DNA of 64,000 nucleotides, taken from Eledone cirrhosa. Taxonomy: Eukaryota. The stretch lies in contig OZ024762.1 in the NCBI GenBank assembly GCA_964016885.1, positions 21,948,001-22,012,000 on the forward strand, given 5' to 3'. Position 1 is the first letter of the stretch, and the number at the start of each line of letters is the position of its first letter. A program made the position numbers and the translations under genes. The notes beneath the pieces were generated by a model. That model searched no databases and was not told the origin of the DNA. It saw nothing but the letters and a program-made list of their open reading frames with translations. Below are positions 32,190 to 45,604 of the stretch, one piece after another.

Positions 32190-32690
32190 ATTTGAGCGCC
32201 TATGCTCAATGCAAGACATCAGTGTGGTCACGAAAGTCGAAATATATCAGTCAGGTGTACGTATAATCTTGCTCTATGGATGTTAGACATGGACAACAAA
32301 CTGTCCGCATATCCAGCGTCTCCAACGTTTCCACCAACAATGTTTGAGCTCCATCCTCAAGATCTCATGAAGGTCTCATACACCAGACACTGATGTATGT
32401 ATCATTAAACAGTGCCTCGGGTGGACAGGTCATATAATACGCCGAAATGACAGCAGAATCCCCAAGCAAGTTCTGTATGACGAAATGTTGCAATGCAAGC
32501 GCTTACGGTGCAAACCACACAAGCGCTTCAAAGACTATCTGAAAGATACCTTAAGGAAGGGCAACATCAAGACGAAAACATGGCAAAATCTTGCAACCAA
32601 TAGAGTCCAGTGGGGAAATCCCATTGCTGCCAGTGTTGAGGAATTTGTAAAGAAGCAGACGACCTATGCCGAAGTGAAGCAAGCAGCTAT
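32190..32690 (+). mobile_element. Degenerate RTE-clade LINE C-terminal fragment
   Basis: TKVEIYQS..ILLYGC*TW...HIQRLQRFHQQCLSSILKIS, then WTGHIIRRNDSRIPKQVLYDEMLQCKRLRCKPHKRFKDYLKDTL...WQNLATNRVQW. Confidence 0.85.
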
Positions 32691-33393
32691 GTATATGGGT
32701 AATGTTAGTCAGTTCTATATTATATATATATATAATATGTGTGTGTATATTTATATACAGAGTGTCCTCCCAAAATATATATACACTTTGATTTCCTGTA
32801 CAGTCAATAGCAACAAACACAACAACAACAACAACAACAATAATAACAACAACAACACATACAAACATCGTTGTTGTTGTTGTTATTGTCGTACTTGTTG
32901 CTGTCCCTAATTCTGGGTGGAGACTACAAATATTTGGAGGGAGGAGGGGAGATAAGTAGGCGAAGGAAACGGAGGAGGAGGATAAAAAGCAGAGGGATCA
33001 TAAAGGGAGAAGGGGGATTGGCACATAAGAAGAGGGGGAGGAGGAGAAGAGGGAGGAAGAGGAGAAGGAGAAGTTAACTAAGATGAGAGGATATGCTTTT
33101 TTTTTTTAAAGGAAGACGACAAACAGGAAATGAAGAAATGAAGGGAAAATAAAAGAAACACACACATACATACAGACTGTGATAGACACACACACATACA
33201 TACACATACAGTCATAGACACACACATACATACACACATACTGTGATAGACACACACACATACATACATACACACACATGCAAATACACAGACACACACA
33301 TAGTCATAGACACACACACACATATACACACATACTGTGATAGACACATTCACACTGACACTCACACACACATACAGACACACATATACAGAT

Positions 33394-33453
<60 letters not shown>

Positions 33454-33594
33454 CAACAGACAACCAAAAAAGATTTCATCAGTAACAGAACCAAAGAAAA
33501 GGTTTGTTATATTATTATTATTATTAATATTATTATTATTATTGTTTTTAATATTCAGCCATATTTCAAAGTCCTTGGAATTCTAGAATTTGAT

Positions 33595-35535
33595 AAACAG
33601 TTGTTGTTGTTGTTGTTATTGCTGGTGTTGTTGTTGTTGCTTTTGGCGTCTTTGTTGTTGTTGCTGTTGTTTTTATTGCTATTGTTAGTGTTGTTGTTGT
33701 TGTTTTTGACGTCTTCATTGCTGTTGTTGGTGCTGTTGGTGGTGGTGGTGGTGCTGTTGTTGTTGTTGTTTTTGGCGTATTTGTTGTCGTTGTTGTTGTT
33801 ATTGCTGCTGCTGTTGTTGTTGTTTTGGGCGTATTTGGTGTTGCTGTTGTTGTTTTTGTTGTTGTTGCTGTTGTTAGTGTTGTTGCTGTTAGTGGTGTTG
33901 CTTTTGTTCTTGTTCTTGTTGCTTTTGACGTTGTTGTTGTTGTTGCTGTTGTTGTTGCTGTAATGGCGGAATAAATACTCCGAGAAATTCAATAGTTTCA
34001 ATGTTTGTATGAATATTTTGATTGCTGTTGTTGTTACTGTTGTTGTTGCTGCGGCTGTACTACTACTGCTGTTGTTGTTGTTACTGCGGCTGTACAACTG
34101 CTGCTGTCGTTGTTGCTGTTACTGCTGTCGTTGTTGCTGTTACTGCTGTTGTTGTTGCTGTTACTGCTGTCGTTGTTGCTGTTACTGCTGTCGTTGTTGC
34201 TGTTACTGCTGTCGTTGTTGCTGTTACTGCTGTCGTTGTTGCTGTTACTGCTGTTGTTGTTGCTGTTACTGCTGTTGTTGTTGCTGTTACTGCTGTTGTT
34301 GTTGTTACTGCTGTTGTTGTTGTTGTTACTGCTGTTGTTGCTGCTGTTACTGCTGTTGTTGCTGTTACTGCTGTTGTTGCTGTTACTGCTGTTGTTGTTG
34401 TTGTTACTGCTGTTGTTGTTGCTGTTACTGCTGTTACTGCTGTTGTTGTTGTTGTTACTGCTGTTGTTGTTGCTGTTACTGCTGTTGTTGCTGCTGTTAC
34501 TGCTGTTGTTGTTGCTGTTACTGCTGTTGTTGTTGCTGTTACTGCTGCTGTTGTTGTTGTTACTGCTGTTGTTGCTGTTACTGCTGTTGTTGTTGCTGTT
34601 ACTGCTGTTGTTGCTGTTACTGCTGTTGTTGCTGTTACTGCTGTTGTTGTTGCTGTTACTGCTGTTGTTGTTGCTGTTACAGCTGTTGTTGTTGCTGTTA
34701 CTGCTGCTGTTGTTGTTGTTACTGCTGTTGTTGCTGTTACTGCTGTTGTTGCTGTTACTGCTGTTGTTGTTGTTACTGCTGTTGTTGTTGCTGTTACTGC
34801 TGTTGTTGTTGCTGTTACTGCTGTTGTTGTTGCTGTTACTGCTGTTGTTGTTGCTGTTACTGCTGTTGTTGTTGCTGTTACTGCTGTTGTTGCTGTTACT
34901 GCTGTTGTTGTTGCTGTTACTGCTGTTGTTGTTGTTACTGCTGTTGTTGCTGCTGTAACTGCTGCTGTTGTTGCTGTTACTGCTGTGGTTGTTGCTGTTA
35001 CTGCTGTTGTTGTTGCTGTTACTGCTGTTGTTGTTGCTGTTACTGCTTCTGTTGTTGTTGTTACTGCTGTTGTTGCTGCTGTTACTGCTGCTGTTGTTGC
35101 TGTTACTGCTGTTGTTGTTGCTGTTACTGCTGTTGTTGTTGCTGTTACTGCTGCTGTTGTTGTTGTTACTGCTGTTGTTGTTGCGGCTGTACAACTCATG
35201 GTGTTGTTGTTGCTATTGCTGTCGTTGCTGTTGATGGTGCTACTGCTGTTGTTGGTGCGGCTGCACAATTTCTGCAGTTATTATTGTTACTGCTGATGTA
35301 ATTGTTTTTATTACTGTTACTGTTGGTGTTGTGGTTGTTGTTTTTATTGCTGTTGCTGCTGTAGTTGTTGTTGCTGTAGTTGTTGTTGCTGTAGTTGTTG
35401 TTGCTGTTGTTGCTGTTGTTGCTGTTGTTGTTGCTGTAGTTGCTGTAGTTGTTGTTGCTGTTGTTGCTGTTGTTGCTGTTGTTGTTGCTGTAGTTGTTGT
35501 TGCTGTTGTTGTAGTTGTTGTTGCTGTTGTTGTAG
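33595..35535. repeat. (GTT/GCT)n compound repeat with a central 18-bp satellite (ctgttgttgttgctgtta)n
   Basis: Generates the poly-Leu, poly-Cys, VTAVV and poly-Gln/Asn ORFs. Confidence 0.97.
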
Positions 35536-36167
35536 CAGTTTGTTAAATTGCAGTTTGAAAACAAAACAAAAACAACAAATAATAAAACCAAAAGTCGTTC
35601 TTACTTCCAGTGCAGATCGTTGCTCCGTCTGGTGGTGGTTAAGATTCAAGTTAGATAATATACGCCATACAAATGTTATCAACAAGCTACATTGATGAAA
35701 ATATCTGATAAATCTATATAATGGCTGCCGTTGAAAAGTGCGCTTCGTTTCACACTTTTTCCGCCCGCTCTCCTCTTCTGCACACGCCACCTCCCTCTCT
35801 CTCCCTCTCTCCGCTGTCTCTCTCTCTCTCTCTCCGCTGTCTCTCTCTCTCCGCTCTCTCTCTCTCTAATGCACACACGCACATATACATACACATTATC
35901 TAAACATTCTTGGTCATACTATATATATATATATATATATAAACACGCACACATATGTATTCATACATAGAGCTGTATATGTGTGCGTGTGTATGTGTAA
36001 ATGCGCCCCCCCCCCCACACACCCTCTCTCTCTCGCTCTCACGCACATATACATACACATTATCTAACACTCTTGGCCATAGTATATATATATATATATA
36101 TATATACAAACACGCACACATATATATTCATACTTAGAGAGATGTATATGTATGCGTGTGTATCTGT

Positions 36168-36246
<79 letters not shown>

Positions 36247-36820
36247 CTCTCTCTCATGAACATACGCACATATGTGTATATATATATATACACACACACA
36301 TTATCTAACTGTGTGTAGGTGTATGAGCATATATACATATATATACATACACATATGTGCACATACACATTTATGTATATATATACACACACATATGTGC
36401 ACATACATACATATATGTATATATATACACACACATATGTGCACATACATACATATATGTATATATATACACACACACACACACATACACACGCTAAAGA
36501 AAATCACCGAAGCGTGATGTCGCTTTAGTTTGATATAACTCCTCCCTCTCACCCTCCTCCCCAACCCCCCACCCCTTCTCCCCACCCCTCACACCCCTTC
36601 TCCCCATCTCTCCCACCCCTTCTCCCCATCCCTCCCAGCCCCTCCTTTATGTCTTCTGTTTTCTTAAATAGCTTCGATTTGTTGAGAAATTTATCAATTT
36701 GAATATTAGCCTAAATAGACTGTAGATCGATAATGAAATAGAGGACAGAACAATGGCGAACTGGTGAACATATAAATATATATGTGTGAACAATCGTCAG
36801 CCGTCTCTCTCTCTTTTACG

Positions 36821-36856
<36 letters not shown>

Positions 36857-37247
36857 TACGATCTCTTGCTTTCTCTAACGCTCTCTTTCACTGTTTGCTT
36901 GTATCTCTCTCTCTCTCTGACATACACACACAATATATATAGCTACATCTTTCCCCCTCCTTCTCCCTCCTTCTCCTCTTCTCTTCTTCATCTCTCTCTT
37001 CCTCATCTCTCTCTCTCTCTCCCCCCTCTTCCTCATCTCTCTCTCCCCTCCCTCTTCCTCATCTCTCTCTCTCCTCTTCCTCATCTCTCTCTCTCCTCCC
37101 TCTTCCTCATCTCTCTCTCCCCTCATCTTCCTCATCTCTCTCTCTCCTGTCTATATGTATGTATATATAGCATGGCCTCAGCCGGATGGCTGGAACAGGT
37201 AAAAGATATATATATATGCATACACGTGTGTGTGTGTGTGTGTGTAT

Positions 37248-37294
<47 letters not shown>

Positions 37295-37296
<2 letters not shown>

Positions 37297-37835
37297 CGAG
37301 GTGGTATCACAAAGTTCCCGGATTAGTTACGTTTAAAAATAAACCCTAATATATTTACTTAAATTGAACATGATCTCCTTTGAAATAGTGACCTTACGCA
37401 GCAATAAACCAGTCCCAGTATTCCTGCCACTTTTGGGACCCGGGCTGGAGGCCGTTTTCTGTAAGCGAGACGAGGACCTTCTGTGATTCGCTCTGGTTTT
37501 CGGAAACTGTGTTAAAACGGTGACCTTCGAGCCGCTTTTTTCAGCTTGGAGAAGAGATGGAAGTCCACAATTGCTAAATCTGGCGAATAGGGCGGATGTG
37601 AGAGTGATACAATGTTGTTTTTTGGTGAGAACCTTACGAGTGAGGAGAGCTCGGTGACAAGGTGCATTGTCGTCGTGGGGAAAAATCCGATTCTTGGCGC
37701 TCCGCAATCCGGTCGCGTTCACCGAACTTCCTCCATCAAACGCCTCAAAATGGTGCAGTAGAACTCTCGATTGAAGGTCTGTCTGGCCCCAGTGGACAAA
37801 TTCTTGATGCACAATACCGCGGATGTCGAAAAAAA
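37295..37835 (-). mobile_element. Mariner (Tc1/mariner) transposon remnant: transposase C-terminus plus one TIR
   Basis: Frameshifted minus-strand motifs FFDIRGIVHQEFV, HDDNAPCHRA, PYSPDLAIVDFHLFSKLK and WQEYWDWFIAA. The terminus TACGAGGTGGTATCACAAAGTTCCCGGA is mariner-TIR-like. Confidence 0.88.
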
Positions 37836-38024
37836 AACCAAAAAAAAAACGATGAGTATGCTCTTGATTGAGCTGCGGTTCTGTTGTGATTTTTGAAGTG
37901 TGTTTATATGTGAGTGTATCGATACGTGTGTGTACGTGTGATTTGATTGTGACCATATATCTATATATGTATGTTATGTATGTAGGTGTGTATATATGTA
38001 ATGTATGCATACATATATATATAT

Positions 38025-38200
38025 ACAATATATTAACAAATGGAAACTATATTTATAAAACCATATTTATTTTATTATACATATTTCAAGGGCCACCAAG
38101 GCAAATTATGGTGCGCTTTCATCAGATAAAATACAATACAGATTAGTTTTATAAATAAATATTGACATACCATAACGGTTGGAGCTTCCTGGATAGTCAT
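38025..38200 (-). mobile_element. Family C element with an intact hammerhead motif (38070-38131)
   Basis: Minus strand: ttttat-CTGATGA-aagcgcacca(taatttgcct)tggtggccctt-GAAA-tatgta-TA-ataaaa. Flanked by (TA)n. Confidence 0.8.
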
Positions 38201-38517
38201 ATATATATATGTGTGTGTGTATAATCATATATATATATATATAAATATATATATATATATGTGTATATAATTTTGAAAAAGTGGAGAATAACAATATATC
38301 CTATATATATATATATATATATATATAATACAGTATATAGAGAAGAAAATGCGAAAAGGGTATGCGAAAAGTGTGGTAAATACATAATAATTAAAAAGGT
38401 AAATGAAAATGTACAGACCCGGTACTTATTCCTTGAGCTCATTAAATTACAAGGGATTAACGCGAGTCTTTAACTCTGTTTTTTCATTTGATATATATAT
38501 ATATATATATATATATA

Positions 38518-38790
38518 TCAAATGAAAATATATATAATCACAACAGTGACATAAACAGGTACACAAGTTTCGTTGGGTTCTGGGCCCAAGTTCATTCAGC
38601 CTGTCATGAGAAAAATGAAAACAATCTTTGTTTTTTATTTTTCTCATGACAGGCTGAAGAAATTGGGGCCCAGAACCCAACGAAACTTGAGTACTTCTTT
38701 ATGTCACTGCTGTGATTATTTCATACTAAACTCGTCTTATGGACTGAATGCTCTTACTCTTTGATATTTCCACTTAACTTTTACTTCAGT
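38518..38790 (+). mobile_element. Hammerhead fold-back element, family E (palindrome about 38534-38719 plus right tail)
   Basis: Right arm catgacagg-CTGAAGA-aattggg(gcccagaa)cccaac-GAAA-cttgag-TA. The left arm supplies the stem I partner cctgtttatg. (TA)n on both sides. Confidence 0.8.
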
Positions 38791-38810
38791 ATATATATAT
38801 ATATATATAT

Positions 38811-39302
38811 GGTTGTGAGTTCGATTCTCGGACCGGGTGATGCGTTGTGTCCTTGAGCAAGACACTTTATTTCACGTTGTTCCAGTTTACTCAGCTGTAG
38901 AAATGAGTGGTTACCGCATTTGGGCTTGCAATAGAAAGGTTGTGAGTTCGATTCTCGGACCGGGTGATGCGTTGTGTCCTTGAGCAAGACACTTTATTTC
39001 ACGTTGTTCCAGTTTACTCAGCTGTAGAAATGAGTGGTTACCGCATTTGGGCTTGCAATCGAAAGGTTGTGAGTTCGATTCTCGGTGATGTGTTGTGTCC
39101 TTGAGTTGCGACGTCACTGGTGCCAAGCTGTATCAGCCATTGCCTTTCTCTTGGACAACATCGGTGGCGTGGAGAGGGGAGACTGGTATGCATGAGCGAC
39201 TACTGGTCTTCCACAAGAAAAAACACTTGCCCAGGCTTGTGCCCCGGAGGGAAACTTTCTAGGTGCAAAACCATGGTCATTCGTGACCGAATGGGGCCAA
39301 CG
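38811..39302 (+). mobile_element. S1-type SINE with a 127-bp tandem duplication (about 2.3 copies) and a distinct 3' body
   Basis: ggttgtgagttcgattctcggaccgggtgatgcgttgtgtccttgagcaagacactttatttcacgttg at 38811 and 38938, partial at 39065. Confidence 0.85.
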
Positions 39303-39621
39303 CATATATATATATATATATAACATATACTTTGGTGTTCCACCCCCACTGCATCCTTCTATGATATTCACCAGCTCCCTCATTTGTACATGTAATTCAA
39401 ATGTCCGTTCTTGTCGCACAGTGTTATGCTGAATCTCCCTGAGAATTAGTTTCTTTCACGTGACTCTGTGCGTGGAATACTAAACCGCTTTACACGTTAT
39501 CTTCACGACCGGACTTTTCTGTTGATCGAATCAACTGGAACATTCACTCAGCGTCGACACCGACCGAGGTCCATTCCATTAATATCGTAGACCAAATGTC
39601 AGTCTTACTCATCGCCATTAC

Positions 39622-40252
39622 TCACACCATCACCACCGCCACCACCACCACCGCCACCACCATCACCACCATCACCACCGCCACCACCATCATCAGCACC
39701 ACCACTACCACCATCATCATCAGCACCACCATTTTATCTAACATTCCTACCACTAACACTACTACCACCACCACCACCACCACCATCATCAGCACTACCG
39801 TTTTATCTAACATTCCTACCACTATCACCATCACTACTACCACCACCTTCAGCACCACAACCATCAGCACCACCACCATCAGCACCACCACCACCATCAG
39901 CACCACCACCACCGTCATCATCAGCACTACCATTTTATCTAACATTCCTACCACTATCACCATCACTACTACCTCCATCTTACAGCACCACCACCGCCAC
40001 CACCATCATCAGCACCACCACCGCCACCATCATCAGCACCACCACCGCCACCATCATCAGCACCACCACCGCCACCACCACGAATCACACCACCACAACT
40101 ACTACCACCACCACCACGAATTACACCCCTACTACCACTACCATCAAGACTATTACCACCACCATCACCACCACCAAGTCCACCCACCATCACACTACCA
40201 GCGCACCAGCACCAATACCATCACCTCAAATCACACCACCACCATCATCACT
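39622..40252. repeat. (CAC/CAT)n compound trinucleotide repeat
   Basis: Source of the Thr/His-rich ORF. The internal unit attttatctaacattcctaccact occurs 3 times. Confidence 0.95.
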
Positions 40253-40656
40253 AGCATATAATATCATAAAGCCAATATTTAGTTATATAGAATCGGTGAT
40301 CGCCCAGTGGAACGTCTGTCTGTGCTGTTGGTGGTGGAGGTAGGTGAAGAGATGGGATGGTAGTTGGAGAGAGAGAGAGGTGGAGGGCGATAGGGAGAGT
40401 GAGTAGACAAAGTGATGAAGACGAGATTGGAATGAGATTGCTAGAGAAATGGCTGACTTACAACGAGACGACATATCGTAACTCTCGTCAAAGCTAGAAA
40501 CTGGCTGATGTCAGACAGGCGTAAAACTGTGTTGATATTAAAGATGGCTGAACGATGATCACTTTGCAATATTTCCTATCAACATCATAAATCATTGACG
40601 GTAATAATAATAATAATAATAATAATAATGATTTCTTTATTGGCCACAGGGGCTAA

Positions 40657-41080
40657 CATGAAGAAGAAGTGGTATGAGCATGAGCCAGAGCCAGAGTGAT
40701 AGAAAACGATCAGGTGAAGGTGCTATGGGATACAGACGGACAAGAAATTAGAACACAATAGGCCTGACCTGGTGGTTTTGGACAAGGAAAAAAGATTGTG
40801 CTTGATTGTAGATGTAGCCTGCTTATTTGACACGAGAGTGCAAGAAAAGGAGAGGGAGAAAATTAACCGATACCAGGATTTAAAGTGGGAGTTAAAAAGG
40901 ATTTGGAACTGCCATGATATCAAAGTCGTCCCGATTGTCAAAGGCGCACTAAGTACTATCTCAAAGAGTTTCCAAGGATGGTTAAAGAAGATTAGTCCAG
41001 CCCCGCTTTTTGGAACACTTCAAAAGGCATGCTTGCTGGGAACAGCAAGAACCCTCTGATACGTCCTGAATGTCTGAGGC
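40657..41080 (+). mobile_element. R4/Dong-like non-LTR element: restriction-like endonuclease C-terminus
   Basis: KWYEHEPE..VIENDQVKVLWD..TDKKLEHNRPDLVVLDKEKRLCLIVDVAC...EKEREKINRYQDLKWELKRIW...VVPIVKGAL...LQKACLLGTARTL. The RPD..D..EK..Y pattern is the RLE signature. (TAA)n lies just upstream. Confidence 0.85.
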
Positions 41081-41084
41081 TGCA

Positions 41085-41685
41085 TGTAGCGGCTTTGCAG
41101 CATAGAGTTACGGCCCTTTATGATCTAAGTTCAAATCCCACCGAGGTTAACTTTGCCTTTCATCCTTACGGAGTCGATAAAATAAAGTACCAGTCACACA
41201 CTGGGGTCGAATTAATCAACTTTCCCCTACCCCAAAATTGCTGGCCTTGTGCCTGTATAAGAAACCATTATTATTACAAAGGCATCGGTAGAGGATCGGA
41301 CGCCATGCTTTGACGTATAGAGTTACGGCCCTTGCCATTCTGAGTTCAAATCCCGCCGAGGTTAACTTTGCCTTTCATCCTTACAGAGTCGATAAAATAA
41401 AGTACCAGTAATGCACTGGGATTATTGCTGGCCTTGTGCCAAAAATAGAAACAATTATTACTATAAAGGCGGTTGATTGGCAGTATCGGTAGAGCGTCGG
41501 ACAACATGCTTTGCGGTATATAGTTATGGCACTTTACGTTCTGAGTTTAAATCTCACCAGGGTTAGCTTTGCTTTTCATCGTTACCGGGTCGATAAAATA
41601 AAGTACCAGTAATGCACTGGGTTTAATTTAATCGATTTCCCCTCCCTTAAATTGTTGGGCTTATGCCTAAATCAGAAACCATTAT
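41085..41685 (+). mobile_element. Cluster of 3 SINE S2 copies
   Basis: Three head-to-tail units with the S2 core. Confidence 0.9.
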
Positions 41686-41982
41686 GACACCCATGTCTGA
41701 GGAGTTTGTTATAACATTCTAGTGCGGAGGAACTACAGAAAACCTACAATTTCTGACGAGGTTAAAGAACATATTCTATAAAAAAAAATTTTTGAAAAAA
41801 ATCGCGGAAAAAATACAAATTTCACCAAAGGTATTTACTAATTAACCTTAAAATTAAAAATTATTATAGTCATCTTGGAGACAGGTGTAATAAGAAAAAT
41901 TTACCTGAATTTGCTTTTGTTTTCTTTATATCGTTTTGTATTTAACTTTCTACGGTTTTGGACTGGACTTGATCTTTGCTCT

Positions 41983-42090
41983 TTGAACTCTGCTGCTGGT
42001 GATCGAACTCTGCTGCTAGTGATCGAACTCTGCTGCTAGTGATCGAACTCTGCTGCTAGTGATCGAACTCTGCTGCTAGTGATCGAACTT
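41983..42090. repeat. 20-bp minisatellite, about 5 copies
   Basis: gatcgaactctgctgctagt in tandem, with no spacers. Confidence 0.95.
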
Positions 42091-42129
42091 TGTGGATAGA
42101 GATATCACATGTTAATGTACAGTCTGTAA

Positions 42130-42555
42130 CTGGCGGAGTTTAGCGTCGTCACGAGAAGATTCTACACTTACTCGAACCACTGAACAACAGAGCTTCTAGT
42201 CAGCGCCTGTCCTTGTAGTGCTGCCACTTTAACAACGTGGCACACAGGCGCTCTGTCAGACCTTACAGAATCCCTCCTCCCTTGCTCCAGTGATGCCTTG
42301 CCCTTCTGGTCCTGCCTGAATCAACCCCCGAGCAGCTGTTGGTCGCTATAGAGCCAACCTTCATAAAAGGAGATATACCACCGATGATGATTCCAACTGC
42401 CAATGCGGGCAATTACAAACTATGAAGCACCTTCTAGTTTGTCCCAATCTTGAAGATTCGTGTACACTTAACGACCTTGAAACGTTAACACCCCAGGCAA
42501 GGCACTGTATGCAACACTGGATGGGTGTGGTGTAACGACTCGATAAGAAGGACTT
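42130..42555 (+). mobile_element. RTEX-like LINE 3' end with a zinc knuckle
   Basis: Not in the ORF track: WSCLN/RAAVGRYRANLHKRRYTTDDDSNCQCGQLQTMKHLLVCPNLEDSCTLNDL...HWMGVV* (TAA 42533-42535), then a very short 3' UTR cgactcgataagaagga. Confidence 0.75.
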
Positions 42556-42799
42556 AACCTTCACTATTTTATTATTTTCAATGACTGTTACCAATGTAAT
42601 AATCTAATTCAAAAGTGAATAACTTGTTCGAGATGTGAAAAATACATTAGAAAATAAACATCAACAATGTTGAACAAACTGTCAACTATTGTCGTTATAA
42701 CTTCTGTCTAACTTCTGTCTTTTTCTTGTGAGTGTTGAGGGGGCAGAATCCTCAAGCAAGCCTTCCAGCGGGTTCTTTTAAAAAAAATATTTTTTATTT

Positions 42800-43500
42800 T
42801 AGGAGAGGAGAAAGACAAATAAATCGACCGCAATGCGTTACTGGTACTTTAATTTATCGACCCTCCGTAAGGATGAAAGGTAAAGCAAATCTTGATACTA
42901 ATCCTAATATTGGTTTCTGGTTTAAGCAAAGGGCCAGTAATTTTGAGGGAGGGGAAAGTCGATTAAATCGACCCCAGTGCGTGACTGGTACTTTATTTTA
43001 TCGACCCTGTAAGGATAAAAGGCAAAGCTAACCCCGGCGGGATTTGAACTCAGATCGTAAAGGGACGTAACTATGCTGGAAAATAACTGTTTCTACTTTT
43101 GGTACAAGGCCAGCAAATACCCCAGTGCATTACTGATACTTTATTTTATCGACCCCGTAAGGATAAAAGGCAAAGCTAACCCCGGCGGGATTTGAACTCA
43201 GATCATAAAGGGACGTAACTATGCTGGAAAATAACTGTTTCTACTTTTGGTACAAGGCCAGCAAATACCCCAGTGCATTACTGATACTTTATTTTATCGA
43301 CCCTGTAAGGATAAAAGGCAAAGCTAACCCCGGCGGGATTTGAACTCAGATCATAAAGGGACGTAACTATGCTGGAAAATAACTGTTTCTACTTTTGGTA
43401 CAAGGCCAGCAAATACCCCAGTGCATTACTGGTACTTTATTTTATCGACCCCGTAAGGATAAAAGGCAAAGTTAACCTCAGCGGGATTTGAACTCAGAAT
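42800..43500 (-). mobile_element. SINE S2 cluster with a 148-bp tandem unit (about 3.5 copies)
   Basis: aactgtttctacttttggtacaaggccagc at 43085, 43233 and 43381. Confidence 0.9.
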
Positions 43501-43665
43501 GTAGTACATACTCTCACGACATCTAGTATAAGTCTGTTATGTTTTGACATCTTGGTAATAATTATAATAATTATTATTATTATTTCTTGTTTTTTTCCCT
43601 CCTGTCACCATCAAACCTGTTTCTATTGTGTGGGTATAATATATGTGACTATTTTAGTGTGTGTA

Positions 43666-43700
<35 letters not shown>

Positions 43701-43769
43701 TATATACACGCTATTCATATGAGCATGTTTAATGTATATAGGCATGCTGTATCTAATATGTATGTATAT

Positions 43770-43850
43770 AGATAGATATATATATATATATATACTGCTA
43801 CATACATACACAGATACATAAATATATATATATGTATATGTAATGTATAA

Positions 43851-43901
<51 letters not shown>

Positions 43902-44078
43902 ATGTATAAGTATATATATATATATATATATGTAATGTATAAGTATATATATATATATATATATGTAATGTATAAGTATATATATACATATATATATATA
44001 TATGTATATATATATTATATATATATATATATTATATATATAATATATTATATATATATATATATATATAATGTATAA

Positions 44079-44113
<35 letters not shown>

Positions 44114-45067
44114 ATGTATAAGTATATATATATATATATATATAATGTATAAGTATAAATATATATATATATATATATATAATGTATAAGTATAAATATA
44201 TATATATATATATATATATAATGTATAAGTATATATATATATATATATATGTAATGTATAAGTATATATATATATATATATATATAGGTATAAGTATATA
44301 TATGTATACGTATGTATATATGTGTATGTATAAGTATATATATATATACGTATATATATGTGGATGTATATATATGTGTGTATGTATATATATATATATA
44401 TATATGTGTGTATGTATATATATATATATATGTGTGTATGTATATATATATATGTGTGTGTATGTATATATATATATGTGTGTGTATGTATATATATATA
44501 TGTGTGTGTATGTATATATATATATATATGTGTGTGTATGTATATATATATATATGTGTGTATGTATATATATATATATGTGTGTGTATGTATATATATA
44601 TGTGTGTGTGTATGTATATATAGTATATATGTGTGTATGTATATATAGTATATATGTGTGTATGTATATATAGTATATATGTGTGTATGTATATATAGTA
44701 TATATGTGTGTATGTATATATAGTATATATATGTGCATGTATGTATATATATGTGTATGTATATATGTGTGTATGTATATGTGTGTATGTATATGTGTAT
44801 GTATATATATATATATGTGTGTATGTATATATGTGTGTATATGTATATATATATATATGTGTGTATATGTATATATATATGTATAAGTATATAGATGTAT
44901 AAGTATATATATATATGTGTGTATATGTATATGTATATATATATAAGTATATATATATATATATATATATAAGTATATATATAAGTATATATATATATAT
45001 ATATAAGTATATATATATATACTTGTATATATATATATATATATATATATATAAGTATATATATAAG

Positions 45068-45119
<52 letters not shown>

Positions 45120-45175
45120 TATATATATATATACTTATATATACTTATATATATATATATAAGTATATATAATAT
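43770..45175. repeat. TA-derived satellites (gtaatgtataag, tgtgtatg and tataag units)
   Basis: Low-complexity arrays. Confidence 0.95.
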
Positions 45176-45604
45176 ATTATACGGTCACCTATTCAAAGGT
45201 GGAGGAACTGAGCTAACGCTTAGCTTAATACAACTTAATACAAGGTTGTGAGCCTTTAAGCCAAAAATCGCCTCACAAGAACTCCGCCCCCTTTCGCCAA
45301 GCACCTCTTTATAATAAGAGAGCAAAAGTCAGCCGCCGACGAAAAATAATATGGCCACTAGAAAGAAATATTTTGGTGGAATTACCATAAGAAAGCAGCT
45401 GATATTTATGGCAGTTCTTTGCAATGGCTTCACAGTTAAGAGAAACCCTGTCACATATATGCTCCGTAAAAACTAAAAATGCTGGAAACCACTGTAATTT
45501 CCAACTGATTATTAAAACATGTCTTTTATTCAAACAGGAGCAAAAGCTAATGGATATTTTTGTCATCTTATACCAAAATATGATATTATTTTCTATATAT
45601 TCTT

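Noticed and set aside
32755-32805. Tc1-like TIR (tacagagtgtcctcccaaaa) and weak inverted ends at 41685-41890
   Set aside because: No clear partner TIR, TSD or second copy in the window.
34005-35301. Poly-Leu, Cys-rich, VTAVV and Thr/Ala (mucin- or antifreeze-like) ORFs
   Set aside because: An 18-bp satellite open in nearly all frames, with no signal peptide, unique domain or splice context.
39596-40261. Thr/His-rich 221-aa ORF
   Set aside because: (CAC/CAT)n repeat with no non-repetitive coding evidence.
41983-42090. CRISPR-like short repeat array
   Set aside because: Contiguous 20-bp tandem units without spacers, no cas genes, and a eukaryotic context.
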